From Candidatus Aceula meridiana (GTDB taxonomy: Bacteria; Omnitrophota; Gorgyraeia; Zapsychrales; Aceulaceae): a stretch of 64,000 nucleotides of DNA. Location of the stretch: contig JAVCDE010000024.1 in assembly GCA_030765185.1 (NCBI GenBank), forward strand, positions 251,538 through 315,537, read 5' to 3'. Shown piece by piece: positions 47,070 to 57,456 of this stretch (its first letter is position 1; every line of letters begins with the position of its first letter). Position numbers and translations under genes: made by a program. A model generated the notes under the pieces. That model was not told where the DNA came from, searched no databases, and saw only the letters and a list, made by a program, of their open reading frames with translations.

Positions 47070-48404
47070 CTAAAGTTCTTCTACGGCCAACGATGCAAGT
47101 TCCGACCGTTCACTTTTTGTCAAAAGAATATGCCCAAAAAGCTTATATTTTTTAAGCCTTTCGACGGTATAAGATAATCCGTTAGAATTGGCATCCAAAT
47201 ACGGATTGTCAATCTGGTCTGGGTCTCCGGTCAAAATAATCTTGGTCCCTTCCCCAGCGCGCGAAACAATCGTTTTGACTTCGTGCGGAGTTAAATTCTG
47301 AGCTTCGTCAACAATCATAAACTGATTCGGGATACTTCTTCCGCGAATATACGTTAACGCCTCAACTTCGATTGTGTCAGAATGCATGAGGCCCTCAACC
47401 GTCAAATCGCTTGTCACAACACCTTCTGGTTTTGAAGCTAAAGATGTCTTTAAAATAAAATCCAAATTATCATAAATTGGCTGCATCCAATATGTCAGCT
47501 TCTTTTCTTTGCTTCCTGGCAAATATCCAATATCTTTTCCTAAAGGAATAATCGGCCTTGCCACCAAAAGCCTTTCATAAGACGATTCTTTATGCATAAC
47601 CTTAGAAAGACCACACGCTAAGGCCATTAATGTTTTTCCTGTTCCGGCCTGACCAACTAAAGTCACTAGCTTAATTTTATCGTTAAGCAAAAGATCAAAG
47701 GCAAAGCGCTGTTCCATGTTCATCGGGCGGATCCCCATTGCGGAAAACTCTTCCCGAATAGGAACAAGACTGGTATCTATGCTATGGTAATGACAGATTA
47801 CAGAAGACCCGGAATTATCTTTCGCCCTCGCTAAGACGTGCTCATTCTCAAGAAAAGTATAACCTTTAAGGTCTAGCTTATTCTCTGTATAAAGCTTATT
47901 GACCTCCTCCTTTGGAATGTTAATCTCCCTCCAGCCTTTATAAAGATTAGAATACTCAACTTTTTCTTTTTCATAATCAGAAGATTTAATCCCTAAGGCT
48001 TCTGCCTTAATGCGAGCATTGATATCTTTTGAAATAAAAAAGACCAAGTTTCCTTTTCTCTGCAAAAACCAAGCCACAGCGAGAATTTTGTTATCCGTTA
48101 GCTGCGGGTCCATATCCGGAAGTTTTGATTCCTTAGGGCCAAAGGCAATCATCAAAGTTCCGCCATTAGCCATTTTAGCACCTTTTTTTAAAGCCCCTTT
48201 TTTAATAAGTCCATCGATCTCACGTAAAACTTCTCTTGCATTCATTCCCTTTTTATCAGGGCTGGCTTTAAAGCTATCTAACTCCTCAATAACCATCACC
48301 GGAACAATCACCGTATTATCTGCAAACGAATGGATAGAATGCGGATTATGGAGTAGCACGTTTGTGTCTAAGACAAAACATTTTTTCTTCATGGATTTCC
48401 TCAT
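47070..48404 (-). CDS. phoH: PhoH2: PIN-domain RNase fused to PhoH-like ATPase
   Basis: N-terminal PIN (FVLDTNVLL...VIVPVMVIEELD); P-loop LVTLVGQAGTGKTLMALA; 444 aa. Confidence 0.88.
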   Translation of the reverse strand: MRKSMKKKCFVLDTNVLLHNPHSIHSFADNTVIVPVMVIEELDSFKASPDKKGMNAREVLREIDGLIKKGALKKGAKMANGGTLMIAFGPKESKLPDMDPQLTDNKILAVAWFLQRKGNLVFFISKDINARIKAEALGIKSSDYEKEKVEYSNLYKGWREINIPKEEVNKLYTENKLDLKGYTFLENEHVLARAKDNSGSSVICHYHSIDTSLVPIREEFSAMGIRPMNMEQRFAFDLLLNDKIKLVTLVGQAGTGKTLMALACGLSKVMHKESSYERLLVARPIIPLGKDIGYLPGSKEKKLTYWMQPIYDNLDFILKTSLASKPEGVVTSDLTVEGLMHSDTIEVEALTYIRGRSIPNQFMIVDEAQNLTPHEVKTIVSRAGEGTKIILTGDPDQIDNPYLDANSNGLSYTVERLKKYKLFGHILLTKSERSELASLAVEEL

Positions 48405-48411
48405 TTTGTGA

Positions 48412-50157
48412 TTAAAGGTCTTTTAAGACAGCGCCTGTATCGGCTGATGTAACAAATGCGGCATAGCGTTTGAGCCATCCACCCTGCACTTTTGATTTAA
48501 AAGGTTTTAATCTTTTTAAGCGCTTCTTTATTTCAGCTTTTGAAAGTTTAACGTTCAGTTTATTTTTGTGCGCATCGATTTCAATGATATCCCCGTTTTT
48601 AATAATCGCAATTTCCCCTCCGGCGGCTGCCTCAGGCGAAACATGGCCGATGCAAAGCCCTCTGGTTCCTCCTGAAAAACGTCCGTCCGTGATTAGGGCT
48701 GCACGAACACCAGACCCTTTAATCGCGGAAGTAGGTGATAACATCTCTTGCATGCCAGGGCCCCCTTTAGGACCCTCGTAGCGGATAACAACCACATCTC
48801 CGTCTTTTACCTTTCCTTTTAAAATACCATCAAGCGCGTCTTCTTGAGATTCAAAGATCTTAGCCGGTCCGGAGAAGGTCATCATATCGCTCTCGACTCC
48901 GCTTAGCTTTACAACAGAACCAAGCCGTGCAATATTTCCAAATAAAATTGTTAAGCCCCCTTCCTGCGAAAATGCCTTTTTTACTGTCTTTAAAACTTTT
49001 CCATCCGGCTTAGGTGATTTCTTAACATATGCACCCAATGTTCCATAAACTGTTTTTGCATTTAATCTTAACGGTGCCTTGCTTCCGTCAGAAACAGCGC
49101 GCAAGATTGCACCGATGCCGCCTACGCGATGAACATCTTGAAGATGAACATCCATCCTCGATGGAGAAATTTTGATGACATTAGGCGTAACCTTTGAAAG
49201 CTGATTAATACGCTTAAGATCATAAGAAATGCCTGCCTCGTGAGCAAGTGCTAAAACATGTAAAACCGTATTGGTTGACCCACCCATGGCCATATCTAAA
49301 ATAAACGCATTATCAATCGAATGCTTTTTTAGAATATCCAGAGGACGAATATTCTTTTTTAACAAATATAACAGTCGATTAGCGGCATCTTTAACAAGTC
49401 CGATTCTTTTTGGATTAATTTTATATTGATGCGCTTTTCCTTTTACAGGAACAGTGGCGGTAATCGTTCCGTTTCCGGGAAGCGCAAAGCCTAATGCCTC
49501 GCCTAAACAATTCATAGAGTTAGCTGTAAACATTCCTGAACAACTGCCAAAGCTTGGGCAGGCATGCGTCGTTAAGTTTTCGAGTTTAGACTTGCTCATT
49601 TTTCCGGCGCTGTGCTGCCCCACGCCTTCAAAGATTGAAATTAAATCTGTACAGCGACTGCCGGCTAACATCGGTCCGCCTGAAACATAAATAGATGGAA
49701 TATTAATCCGCACCATCGCGTTATACATCGCCGGCACAATCTTGTCGCAATTGCCAATGCCAATCCAAGCGTCACAAGGATGCGCTCCAATAATAGTTTC
49801 AATTTGATCGGCAATAAGCTCGCGGGATGCCAGCGAATACTTCATGCCAAAATGCCCCATGGCAATACCATCACAAATTGCTCCGCCGATATTGGCATAC
49901 CAGACATTAACACCCTTAGACTCGAGTTCTTTCTTAACAATATGTCCCAATTCCTCCAAATGAGCGTGGCCGGGAATTTGATTGGTGTAAGAATTAATAA
50001 CCGTAACAAAAGGTTTTTTTAAATCTTTGATGTTCTTTAAAACTCCTTCGGCCATCATCAGCGAAATATTCGGAAGTCGATGAGCTCCTTCTCGGAAGAC
50101 TCCGCTTCCGCTTTTTCGCACGTTTTCGATTCCTTGATTAACAGCATGTTTAGACAT
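48412..50157 (-). CDS. ilvD: Dihydroxy-acid dehydratase (IlvD/EDD family)
   Basis: CDGIAMGH 2Fe-2S motif; 581 aa. Confidence 0.88.
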   Translation of the reverse strand: MSKHAVNQGIENVRKSGSGVFREGAHRLPNISLMMAEGVLKNIKDLKKPFVTVINSYTNQIPGHAHLEELGHIVKKELESKGVNVWYANIGGAICDGIAMGHFGMKYSLASRELIADQIETIIGAHPCDAWIGIGNCDKIVPAMYNAMVRINIPSIYVSGGPMLAGSRCTDLISIFEGVGQHSAGKMSKSKLENLTTHACPSFGSCSGMFTANSMNCLGEALGFALPGNGTITATVPVKGKAHQYKINPKRIGLVKDAANRLLYLLKKNIRPLDILKKHSIDNAFILDMAMGGSTNTVLHVLALAHEAGISYDLKRINQLSKVTPNVIKISPSRMDVHLQDVHRVGGIGAILRAVSDGSKAPLRLNAKTVYGTLGAYVKKSPKPDGKVLKTVKKAFSQEGGLTILFGNIARLGSVVKLSGVESDMMTFSGPAKIFESQEDALDGILKGKVKDGDVVVIRYEGPKGGPGMQEMLSPTSAIKGSGVRAALITDGRFSGGTRGLCIGHVSPEAAAGGEIAIIKNGDIIEIDAHKNKLNVKLSKAEIKKRLKRLKPFKSKVQGGWLKRYAAFVTSADTGAVLKDL

Positions 50158-50286
50158 AATAAATCTCCTCTGGTTATATTTAAGGTGAACATCCTCCGAA
50201 ACCTTGGCGAAGGATGGATAAGGTTGGATTATATTTTAGCGCTTTGCTAGACTTGGGACAAGACAAAAAGAAAAGTTTCTTGTCTG

Positions 50287-50958
50287 TTATCTAGCCTTTC
50301 TTAAAATGAATTTATACGCTAGAAGTGTAAATCCAAGGTAAGAAAAGTTATAAACAAAATCTTCTAGAGGAATAGAAATGATACGCAGCCCCCCAATAAA
50401 TTGGGGATTATACTGAACAACCGGGATGCCGGTTAAAATCCCGTTAAAAATTACAAATGGAATATAACAAATCAGGATATATCGCCAAAAATTTAGAGAA
50501 AAAAGAATATTCGGAAAGAATTTAACAGCAATAAAGAAAAATCCGGCCGTTGCGATAAAAGCCAAGGCAGTATAAGCTTGAGCATAACAAGCAAGGGCCA
50601 TTCCCAAAAAGAAAAGAATAACCCCATAAACACGATTTTCTTTAAAAGTAATTATTTTATCTTTCTTAAAATAGTTTATGACTTCATAGACAAAAAGACA
50701 ACTAAACGGCGTGGTGATAAAAAATAGTATTTCCTCTACCGGAAGATTAAAAATTCGCAGATGCCCTACATAGCGGGGATTAAAAGCCCAATGACCGTTG
50801 GCCGTAGCTACCATATCCCAAACAATATACAAAACGCCGACTGTTAGGATAGAAAAAAAGACCGCTGGCCACCTTTTAACATACCGGACCCGACTTTCGA
50901 AGGACAACAAAAGCGGAATACTAATAATAAAAATATTTAAAGAGAGATAAAAACTCAT
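50287..50958 (-). CDS. Lycopene cyclase domain protein (fused CrtYc/CrtYd-type, 7 TM)
   Basis: Two repeats of the lycopene-cyclase domain with the NLPVEEILFF and SIPLEDFVY motifs; 223 aa. Confidence 0.7.
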   Translation of the reverse strand: MSFYLSLNIFIISIPLLLSFESRVRYVKRWPAVFFSILTVGVLYIVWDMVATANGHWAFNPRYVGHLRIFNLPVEEILFFITTPFSCLFVYEVINYFKKDKIITFKENRVYGVILFFLGMALACYAQAYTALAFIATAGFFFIAVKFFPNILFSLNFWRYILICYIPFVIFNGILTGIPVVQYNPQFIGGLRIISIPLEDFVYNFSYLGFTLLAYKFILRKAR

Positions 50959-51045
50959 CGTTAAAAACTATTGTAAGTGAACGCTTAAATGTAAGCAAAC
51001 AAATTTTTTCTTGGTTTTTATACCGGCTCCCATTACAATAAATTT

Positions 51046-51933
51046 GTGACAAACAAATCAAAAAAACTTGCTCAAAAAGGTTTTGTCCAAGCTAAAGCTA
51101 TCACGAAACAAGCTTCCCGAACATTTTATTTTGCGTCTTGTTTCTTGCCGAGAAAAAAGCGCCTTGCCGCTTATAGCATTTATGCCATATGCCGCTTAAG
51201 TGATGAAGCCGTTGACGGCCCTCAAGAACAAAAAAAACAATCACTAGAAGATATTCGTCAAAACATTCAGCAGGCCTATGGGCTTATTGAAATCACAGAC
51301 CCCCTTCTTTTTGCATTTCGCGCAACAGTCCAGGCCCATGGAATCCCCAAGAAATATTTTGATGAGTTAATTAGCGGTATGCGGATGGATTTAACTAAAA
51401 CACGTTATCAAAATTTTAACGAACTTTATCCTTATTGCTATAAAGTCGCCGGCGTAATTGGCCTTATTATGCTTAAAGTTTTCGATTATGAAAATATTAT
51501 TGCCGAAAAATACGCTGTAGATTTAGGAGTGGCCATGCAGTTGACGAACATCTTAAGAGATATAAAAGAAGATTGTAGCCGTGGCCGCATCTATTTGCCT
51601 ATCGATGAACTTGCAAAACAAAGAATTCATGATGAAAATATTCAGAACAATATTGTTGATGATAAATTCAAGAATCTAATAAAATTTCAGATAAAACGTG
51701 CCCGCTCTTATTATGTTCAAGCCAGCTATGGTATTGATCTCATTACAGATAAACGCTGTCGCCTTGTGGCCTTCTTGATGCTAGAACTTTATGCGGGAAT
51801 CTTAAAAAAGATAGCAGAAAATAACTACGACGTGTTTAAGCAAAGGGCTTGCGTTCCCTCCAAGCAAAAATTTGCCTTATTACCGGGCTTGATGATCCGG
51901 TTTGCCCGAGGCAAATTCCTTTTTACTGGCTAA
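51046..51933 (+). CDS. crtB: Phytoene synthase (squalene/phytoene synthase family); GTG start
   Basis: YCYKVAGVIGLIML and DLGVAMQLTNILRDIKEDCSRGRIYLP aspartate-rich motifs; 295 aa. Confidence 0.88.
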   Translation: MTNKSKKLAQKGFVQAKAITKQASRTFYFASCFLPRKKRLAAYSIYAICRLSDEAVDGPQEQKKQSLEDIRQNIQQAYGLIEITDPLLFAFRATVQAHGIPKKYFDELISGMRMDLTKTRYQNFNELYPYCYKVAGVIGLIMLKVFDYENIIAEKYAVDLGVAMQLTNILRDIKEDCSRGRIYLPIDELAKQRIHDENIQNNIVDDKFKNLIKFQIKRARSYYVQASYGIDLITDKRCRLVAFLMLELYAGILKKIAENNYDVFKQRACVPSKQKFALLPGLMIRFARGKFLFTG

Positions 51934-53359
51934 TCATATCCGCAACAATTTTTGACGATGCAATCACAACCGGCAGGCCTCCTCCGGGTTGTGTGCTAGC
52001 ACCGACATAATAAATATTTTTATAATTGGCGTCTTGATTGGCAGGCCTAAAAAACGCGCTTTGCATCAAATTGTGAGCCAGGCCAAAGGTTGCGCCATAT
52101 TTGATGTTGTATTGAGTAATAAAGTCTTTAGGATAAAATTTGTGTTCAACTTCAATTAAGTCTTCGATATTCTCGCCTGTCACTTCATTAATTTTTTGAT
52201 AAATAATCTTTTTGAGCTTTTCCTCATAATTCTTGATGTCATCTTCCTTTCCCTTAAGGTTCGAGACTGGAATAAGGATATAGACAATTTCTTTATTCTT
52301 CGGTGCCAAGGATGGGTCCGTTACCGTCGGGACGTGGATATAAAAGGACGGGTCATCGGGCATAATATTTTTCTTAAAAATATCTTCTAAATTCTTATTA
52401 AGGTCATTGGCAAAAAATAAATTATGGTGATCAAGTCCGTTTAGTTTTTTTGATAACCCTAGATACAACAAAAAAACAGAGCAAGAATACCGATAATCCG
52501 GAATCTGCCGTCTAAAAATATTTGTCTGCGCATAAGGAAGGTCCGCGTTGATAACAACCTCATCAAAAACTTGCGGCTGGCCTTGTGCCTGAAGGGCAAC
52601 CCCTTTTCCTCGCGGGTATATGGATCTTATCTCACAATTATAATGAAACACGGCTCCGTTTTTCTTTGCGATTTTCTCAAGAGCTTTCGGAATTTCGTAC
52701 ATCCCTCCCATTGGATGCGCAATTTTCTGTACATGGTCTGAATATGTGATGATGCTGTAAAACCCAGGCGCCTCATAAGGCGAAACCCCCATAAACATAG
52801 CCTCAAAAGTAAAAGCATAACAGAGCTCTTCACTTTTAAAAAACTCTTTGGCGAGCTTCCAGTATGATTTAAAAGGCTCAAGGTCAAACAAAAGCCTCCA
52901 ATGTTTTGGATTCAAAAGCTTTGAAGGTGTAAAGCATTCGTATAAAAGCGGCTCAACGGCTTTATAATACTTTTTAGTTTTCTTAATAAATTCATCAAAG
53001 CCAACAGAGCTGTTGGGTTCAAATTCTTCTATCTCCTGCTTCGTCTTTTCACAGTCTTTATGAACAGTTAAAACTCTTTTGTCAGGATAAAAAATCTTAT
53101 AATTGATATCAAGGACTTTTAAGTTAAGATGGTCTTCAATCTTCTCACCGCAATCATCAAAAACTTCCTTAAAAAAATCCGGCATTAAAACAAACGAAGG
53201 CCCCATATCAAATTTAAAACCCTTATCTTCCAACATGTGACAACGGCCACCGCATTCACCCAACTTCTCAAAAACTTCAACATCATGGCCTCTGCAAGCC
53301 AAACGTGCCGCGGTAGCCAGCCCTCCAACGCCGGCACCAATAACAGCAATCCTTTTCAT
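51923..53359 (-). CDS. crtI: Phytoene desaturase
   Basis: N-terminal IAVIGAGVGGLATAARLACRGHDVEVFEK FAD fold; 478 aa. Convergent 11-nt overlap with crtB. Confidence 0.88.
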   Translation of the reverse strand: MKRIAVIGAGVGGLATAARLACRGHDVEVFEKLGECGGRCHMLEDKGFKFDMGPSFVLMPDFFKEVFDDCGEKIEDHLNLKVLDINYKIFYPDKRVLTVHKDCEKTKQEIEEFEPNSSVGFDEFIKKTKKYYKAVEPLLYECFTPSKLLNPKHWRLLFDLEPFKSYWKLAKEFFKSEELCYAFTFEAMFMGVSPYEAPGFYSIITYSDHVQKIAHPMGGMYEIPKALEKIAKKNGAVFHYNCEIRSIYPRGKGVALQAQGQPQVFDEVVINADLPYAQTNIFRRQIPDYRYSCSVFLLYLGLSKKLNGLDHHNLFFANDLNKNLEDIFKKNIMPDDPSFYIHVPTVTDPSLAPKNKEIVYILIPVSNLKGKEDDIKNYEEKLKKIIYQKINEVTGENIEDLIEVEHKFYPKDFITQYNIKYGATFGLAHNLMQSAFFRPANQDANYKNIYYVGASTQPGGGLPVVIASSKIVADMISQ

Positions 53360-53369
53360 TCTTCTCTCC

Positions 53370-54239
53370 TTATTCTAAACAAATAAAAAAACATTCTCCG
53401 GAATTAATGTCAATGGCTAATTCATTGCCCGGATCAAGCTCAAAAGCCTTGTTTATTAATTCTTCGTATTTTTTCATGTCCCCTTTTTTCTTATAAATCT
53501 GGGCAAGCCGCACATAGGGATTAGCAAAAAGTGGGTCTGCTGCAATGGCTTTTTCTAAATACCCTTGAGCTTTATCAAAATTTTGGCCAAGCGCAACCGA
53601 AACAAGCATGTAATAACTTCCTAACCCAAAATTAACAACCGGTGAATCAGGAGCAAGTTTTTGAATAATGTTAAGATGCTTTAAAACCCCTGCTCCGTTG
53701 ATGGCCTTTGAAATCGGGCCACCATAATGAGCAATCATGCCCTTGGCCGCAGCATAAAGTCCGTGCGCTCTTAGGAAATTTGCCTCATCGACATTCTCCC
53801 GGCGCTGATTAATGACTTGGCCGGTTAACCGAATGCTCCCATCAAAATCTTTTTGAATATACCGAATATATGCTAATGTAATCAATGCCGGCGAATAGCT
53901 GGAATTTTCTTTAATAATTTTCTCGAGCATGCCTGCCGCCTCATCTGTTTTATGTTCTCGCCTTAAAATCTCAGCTATTCCCCAGCGCCCCTCAATGCTT
54001 TTGGGGTCAAGTTCTAAAACTTTTTCAAAGACTGCTTTAGAATTTTGTATTTCATAAAAGTTTAAATAGACAAGGCCTAAAACATAAAGATGGTCTATAG
54101 AATTGGGATTTTGGGCAAGTTCTTCTTGCGCTGTCGCAAGGTCAATTAAGTCAGCCTTGTTATGTAAATCTTTCCATTCAAGCGCAAAGCACGAGGTTAC
54201 CAACAAGAAAAAAACTAATAAAATTCCTAAAGTTTTCAT
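53370..54239 (-). CDS. Secreted tetratricopeptide-repeat protein
   Basis: Signal peptide MKTLGILLVFFLLVTSCFA; several TPR units. Confidence 0.75.
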   Translation of the reverse strand: MKTLGILLVFFLLVTSCFALEWKDLHNKADLIDLATAQEELAQNPNSIDHLYVLGLVYLNFYEIQNSKAVFEKVLELDPKSIEGRWGIAEILRREHKTDEAAGMLEKIIKENSSYSPALITLAYIRYIQKDFDGSIRLTGQVINQRRENVDEANFLRAHGLYAAAKGMIAHYGGPISKAINGAGVLKHLNIIQKLAPDSPVVNFGLGSYYMLVSVALGQNFDKAQGYLEKAIAADPLFANPYVRLAQIYKKKGDMKKYEELINKAFELDPGNELAIDINSGECFFICLE

Positions 54240-55537
54240 TCTTGTTCTCTTCTCGGGTCTTTTAAAAACTGAACAATATCTTTTTTAAAGAAGAGCGCCA
54301 AGACCCAGGAAATCCAGACGCGTTTTTTCTTTTCCAAGCGAGGCAGCTTCATTAAATAAACATCACGCCATAAAAGCCATGCCAAAAGGCCTTTAATCTT
54401 AATCCCAAAAATTGACGCAACCCCTTTAAAGCCTCCGATGTTGGCCAGCTGGCCCAAGGATTGAAACGTAAAAAGTTTTTTAGGTTGATTTTTAATCTCA
54501 GCGATAAGATTTTGAGCTAATGCTTTTGCCTCACGTGTAGCGTGTTGAGCCGTCGGAGGATGAGCCCCTCCATTTTGAGTATTGGGAACATACGCGCAAT
54601 CGCCTAAAGCCCATACTCCCTGATGGTCCGGCACCTGAAAATATTTATCGATAATAACGCGGCCTTTTTCTTTAGATAAACCTAAAGCATCAACAACAGG
54701 GCTAATGGTATTGCCAGCTGTCCAAATAATATTGGAAGAATCGACAACCTCATCTGTGCTTAAACCCACCTTGTTATCTGAAAAATCAACAACCTTTGTA
54801 TTCAACTTTATTTCAATTCCTCTTTTTTCAAAAGCTCTTTGGGTATAAACGCCTAAATCCTGATCCATTTCAGGTAAAAGCGTATCCCCCGGATGGATTA
54901 AAACCATGCGCAGCATTTGTTTTGTTAAATTTGGATACCAACAAATAGCGTCTTTGGCCAGGTCATCAACTGCCCCCATGGTTTCTACGCCGGTAAATCC
55001 GCCGCCGGCGACAACAAAAGTTAGAATCTTTTTTTGTAAGCCTTTGTCTTTTATGGAATCAGCTTGCTCAAGGCAGCTAATAATACGGTTTCGAATGGCA
55101 ATGCCATCATGTAAGCTTTTCATCGTGAGAGCGCCTTGCTCTAAATTCTTATTGCCAAAAAAGTTTGGCACAGCCCCTAACGCCAATACCACGTGATCGT
55201 AAGAAATTTCTCTCCTGGAAGATTCAAGGAAAATTTTCCTTACCTTTAGGTCAGCGGAAACAACTTCCGCTTTGATGAATTTTGTATATCTTAAAAGCTT
55301 GCGAAGAGGATTGGCAATGCTGATGCCACCTAAACTGCTCGAGGCAACCTCGTGTAGCATAGGCGTAAAAAGGAAGAAATTCTCTTTGTCGATAAGCGTT
55401 ATCTCGGCGGGCAAACCCTTTTTAACGGCTTTCTCAAGCTCAAGAGCCGTATAGAGCCCTGAAAAGCCGCCGCCTAAAATAACAATTTCTTGTAAGTTTG
55501 ATGAGGGCATTCTTATTTTTGCTTTCGAAGGTGGCAA
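54236..55537 (-). CDS. Type II NADH:quinone oxidoreductase (NDH-2)
   Basis: IVILGGGFSGLYTALEL and VVAGGGFTGVETMGAV dinucleotide folds; C-terminal amphipathic membrane anchor; 433 aa. Confidence 0.85.
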   Translation of the reverse strand: MPPSKAKIRMPSSNLQEIVILGGGFSGLYTALELEKAVKKGLPAEITLIDKENFFLFTPMLHEVASSSLGGISIANPLRKLLRYTKFIKAEVVSADLKVRKIFLESSRREISYDHVVLALGAVPNFFGNKNLEQGALTMKSLHDGIAIRNRIISCLEQADSIKDKGLQKKILTFVVAGGGFTGVETMGAVDDLAKDAICWYPNLTKQMLRMVLIHPGDTLLPEMDQDLGVYTQRAFEKRGIEIKLNTKVVDFSDNKVGLSTDEVVDSSNIIWTAGNTISPVVDALGLSKEKGRVIIDKYFQVPDHQGVWALGDCAYVPNTQNGGAHPPTAQHATREAKALAQNLIAEIKNQPKKLFTFQSLGQLANIGGFKGVASIFGIKIKGLLAWLLWRDVYLMKLPRLEKKKRVWISWVLALFFKKDIVQFLKDPRREQE

Positions 55538-55962
55538 ATAATTCCGTCTAAAGATAGCTTTCCGCTGCCATATTGCAAAAAGACAAACGCGCTTAGGGCA
55601 ATCATTGCCGGATAATAAAAATCATCAGGATGAACTTTGGCAACCGCAACAATCATAATAATGATAACAGGAACAGCTGCGATACGGCTTAAAAACCCAA
55701 TAGCGAGAAGCCCGCCGCAAATAATTTCTGACCACCCGACAACATAGGCCATCATCTTAGGAAATATAATTCCTAGCGTCGATAAATATCCTCCAAAAGC
55801 AGCCAAACCCGGCCCGTCAAACATGCCATATACTTTTCCTAATCCTGCTTTAATGAAAATCCAAGCCACAAAAAGTCTTAATATCCCAATGCTCCATCCG
55901 GTATAAAAACAGCATTTCCCGTTCGTCTCGTGTGTCATTTTCTCCTCCTTCAATGAAGCCAT
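55513..55962 (-). CDS. DoxX-family membrane protein (true start likely the second ATG at about 55938, behind GAAGGAGG)
   Basis: DoxX fold LRLFVAWIFIKAGLGKV...; 4 TM. Confidence 0.8.
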   Translation of the reverse strand: MASLKEEKMTHETNGKCCFYTGWSIGILRLFVAWIFIKAGLGKVYGMFDGPGLAAFGGYLSTLGIIFPKMMAYVVGWSEIICGGLLAIGFLSRIAAVPVIIIMIVAVAKVHPDDFYYPAMIALSAFVFLQYGSGKLSLDGIICHLRKQK

Positions 55963-56032
55963 AGTTTACGGAGCAACAGCGGTCGTAAACTATATGGCTG
56001 AATTGATCCCGTGCACGTAAGTGCATCGGGAT
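55962..56032 (-). promoter_or_regulatory. Structured 5' leader element, copy B, upstream of DoxX
   Basis: Hairpin 1 is ATCCCGTGCAC/gtaa/GTGCATCGGGAT at 56006-56032 with the same bulged T as copy A. Hairpin 2 is TAGTTTACG...CGTAAACTA at 55962-55992. The 13-nt spacing between hairpins is identical in both copies. Confidence 0.55.
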
Positions 56033-56037
56033 TTCCT

Positions 56038-57444
56038 CTATTTAAAACAATACGGATCTTTGTCTTTTAAAATATCTTTTTTGCAACCGCTTGTAACCGC
56101 TAAGCATCCTCCGCACGCATGACGCAAAGAACATCCATCGCATTCTTTGGCCCCTCTGCGATATCTTTTTGCCATCTTTGAATCATAAATTTCTTGAAGG
56201 CTCTGTTTTAAAATATTTCCTATCAAAGACGGAAACTTGCGGCAGGCATGCACTTCTCCGTCGGCGAGAACAGCTACAAAATTAAATGCAGCGCCGCACC
56301 CAAACCCTGTACAGCCACTAAACAGTTTATCATTCTCACGCTCTAAAACAATATTAATTAAATTATCTTTAAAACCTATAATCGGATTTGTCTCTGACGC
56401 TTTGATATATTCCTCTAAAAACCGCTGATAATCTTCTTTTTTCGGAAGCCCTAAACCCTCCCCCTCTCCTGTTTGCGACAAACGATTAAATGTAAAATAT
56501 TCTGCATGCCCTCTAAGTTTCTTAGCTAAAGGTAGAATCTGGCTCATATTCTCTTTTGTCAAAGTCAGCATCACCGCAGAAGAAATCTTTAACTCTCTTA
56601 AAATCTTTAAAAACTTTATCACAGCGCTAAAATTATTTTTTCCTCGAATATAATCGTTATGTTCAGGTAACCCTTCCAGGCTAACCTGGTAATATCCGGG
56701 CTTTTGAATCTCAATAACTTTTTTTAAATCTTCCCTTGAAACAGGATTGCCTAAAATAGATGTTGAAAATCCCTTTTGCTCAGCTCTTTTATAAAGTTTA
56801 AAGAAATGAGGAGATAAAAATGGATTCCCTCCTGAGAAACAGACATGCCCTCGGACGCGGTTTGTCCGAGTAAAGCGCTCGAGGCCATCAAGAACCTTAT
56901 ACCCTTGCTCTAATGTAAAAGGTGAACGTCTTGTTCTGTCGTAGCAATGTTTGCAATGCAAATCGCAAACATTCGTAATATGCCATTGCAGGGTGAATGT
57001 ATCAGAAATAATAAATTTTTGATCAATATTCTTTGTATTCTTAAAAATTCGCGTATTTCGTTTTAGCTTTGGCGTTGGCTTTAAAATGATTCCTTTTTTT
57101 GCGGCTCTTTTTAAGTTTAACTCAAGCGCCTTAACGGAGATGTTTCCTTGTTGCGCGGCTTGTTCTAGAGAAATATTTTCAGCCACCATTTTAAGCGCTA
57201 AAAGTTCTTCTTTTGAAGCCGGCTTAGCTTGAATACTTACGTCTCCTTGTTTTTTCCAAACAAGAAGCCATTCTTTTTGTTTTTTAGGATTCGTTCGTGA
57301 TTGTGAAAATTTCCAATTGGAGAGAAAAATTTCCAAGGTAGGATTGATTTGGAAATTGTTTACCTTTTTAGGCCAGTGCGGCTTTAGAGAGAAAACTTTT
57401 CTTTCAAGCTTTTCAAGTTTTTGAAGTTCTTTAGTAAAATCCAT
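56038..57444 (-). CDS. Radical SAM / SPASM-domain enzyme with a 150-aa N-terminal extension carrying a sigma70-region-4-like HTH (candidate peptide/protein-modifying maturase)
   Basis: HITNVCDLHCKHCY (CxxxCxxC) at about residue 160. C-terminal SPASM Cys array GCTGFGC...HAC...ECDGCSLRHACGGC...SGC...YCF. N-terminal ISLEQAAQQGNISVKALELNLKRAAKKG resembles a region-4/RRE-like helix-turn-helix. Confidence 0.8.
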   Translation of the reverse strand: MDFTKELQKLEKLERKVFSLKPHWPKKVNNFQINPTLEIFLSNWKFSQSRTNPKKQKEWLLVWKKQGDVSIQAKPASKEELLALKMVAENISLEQAAQQGNISVKALELNLKRAAKKGIILKPTPKLKRNTRIFKNTKNIDQKFIISDTFTLQWHITNVCDLHCKHCYDRTRRSPFTLEQGYKVLDGLERFTRTNRVRGHVCFSGGNPFLSPHFFKLYKRAEQKGFSTSILGNPVSREDLKKVIEIQKPGYYQVSLEGLPEHNDYIRGKNNFSAVIKFLKILRELKISSAVMLTLTKENMSQILPLAKKLRGHAEYFTFNRLSQTGEGEGLGLPKKEDYQRFLEEYIKASETNPIIGFKDNLINIVLERENDKLFSGCTGFGCGAAFNFVAVLADGEVHACRKFPSLIGNILKQSLQEIYDSKMAKRYRRGAKECDGCSLRHACGGCLAVTSGCKKDILKDKDPYCFK

Positions 57445-57456
57445 AATATAGTAATA

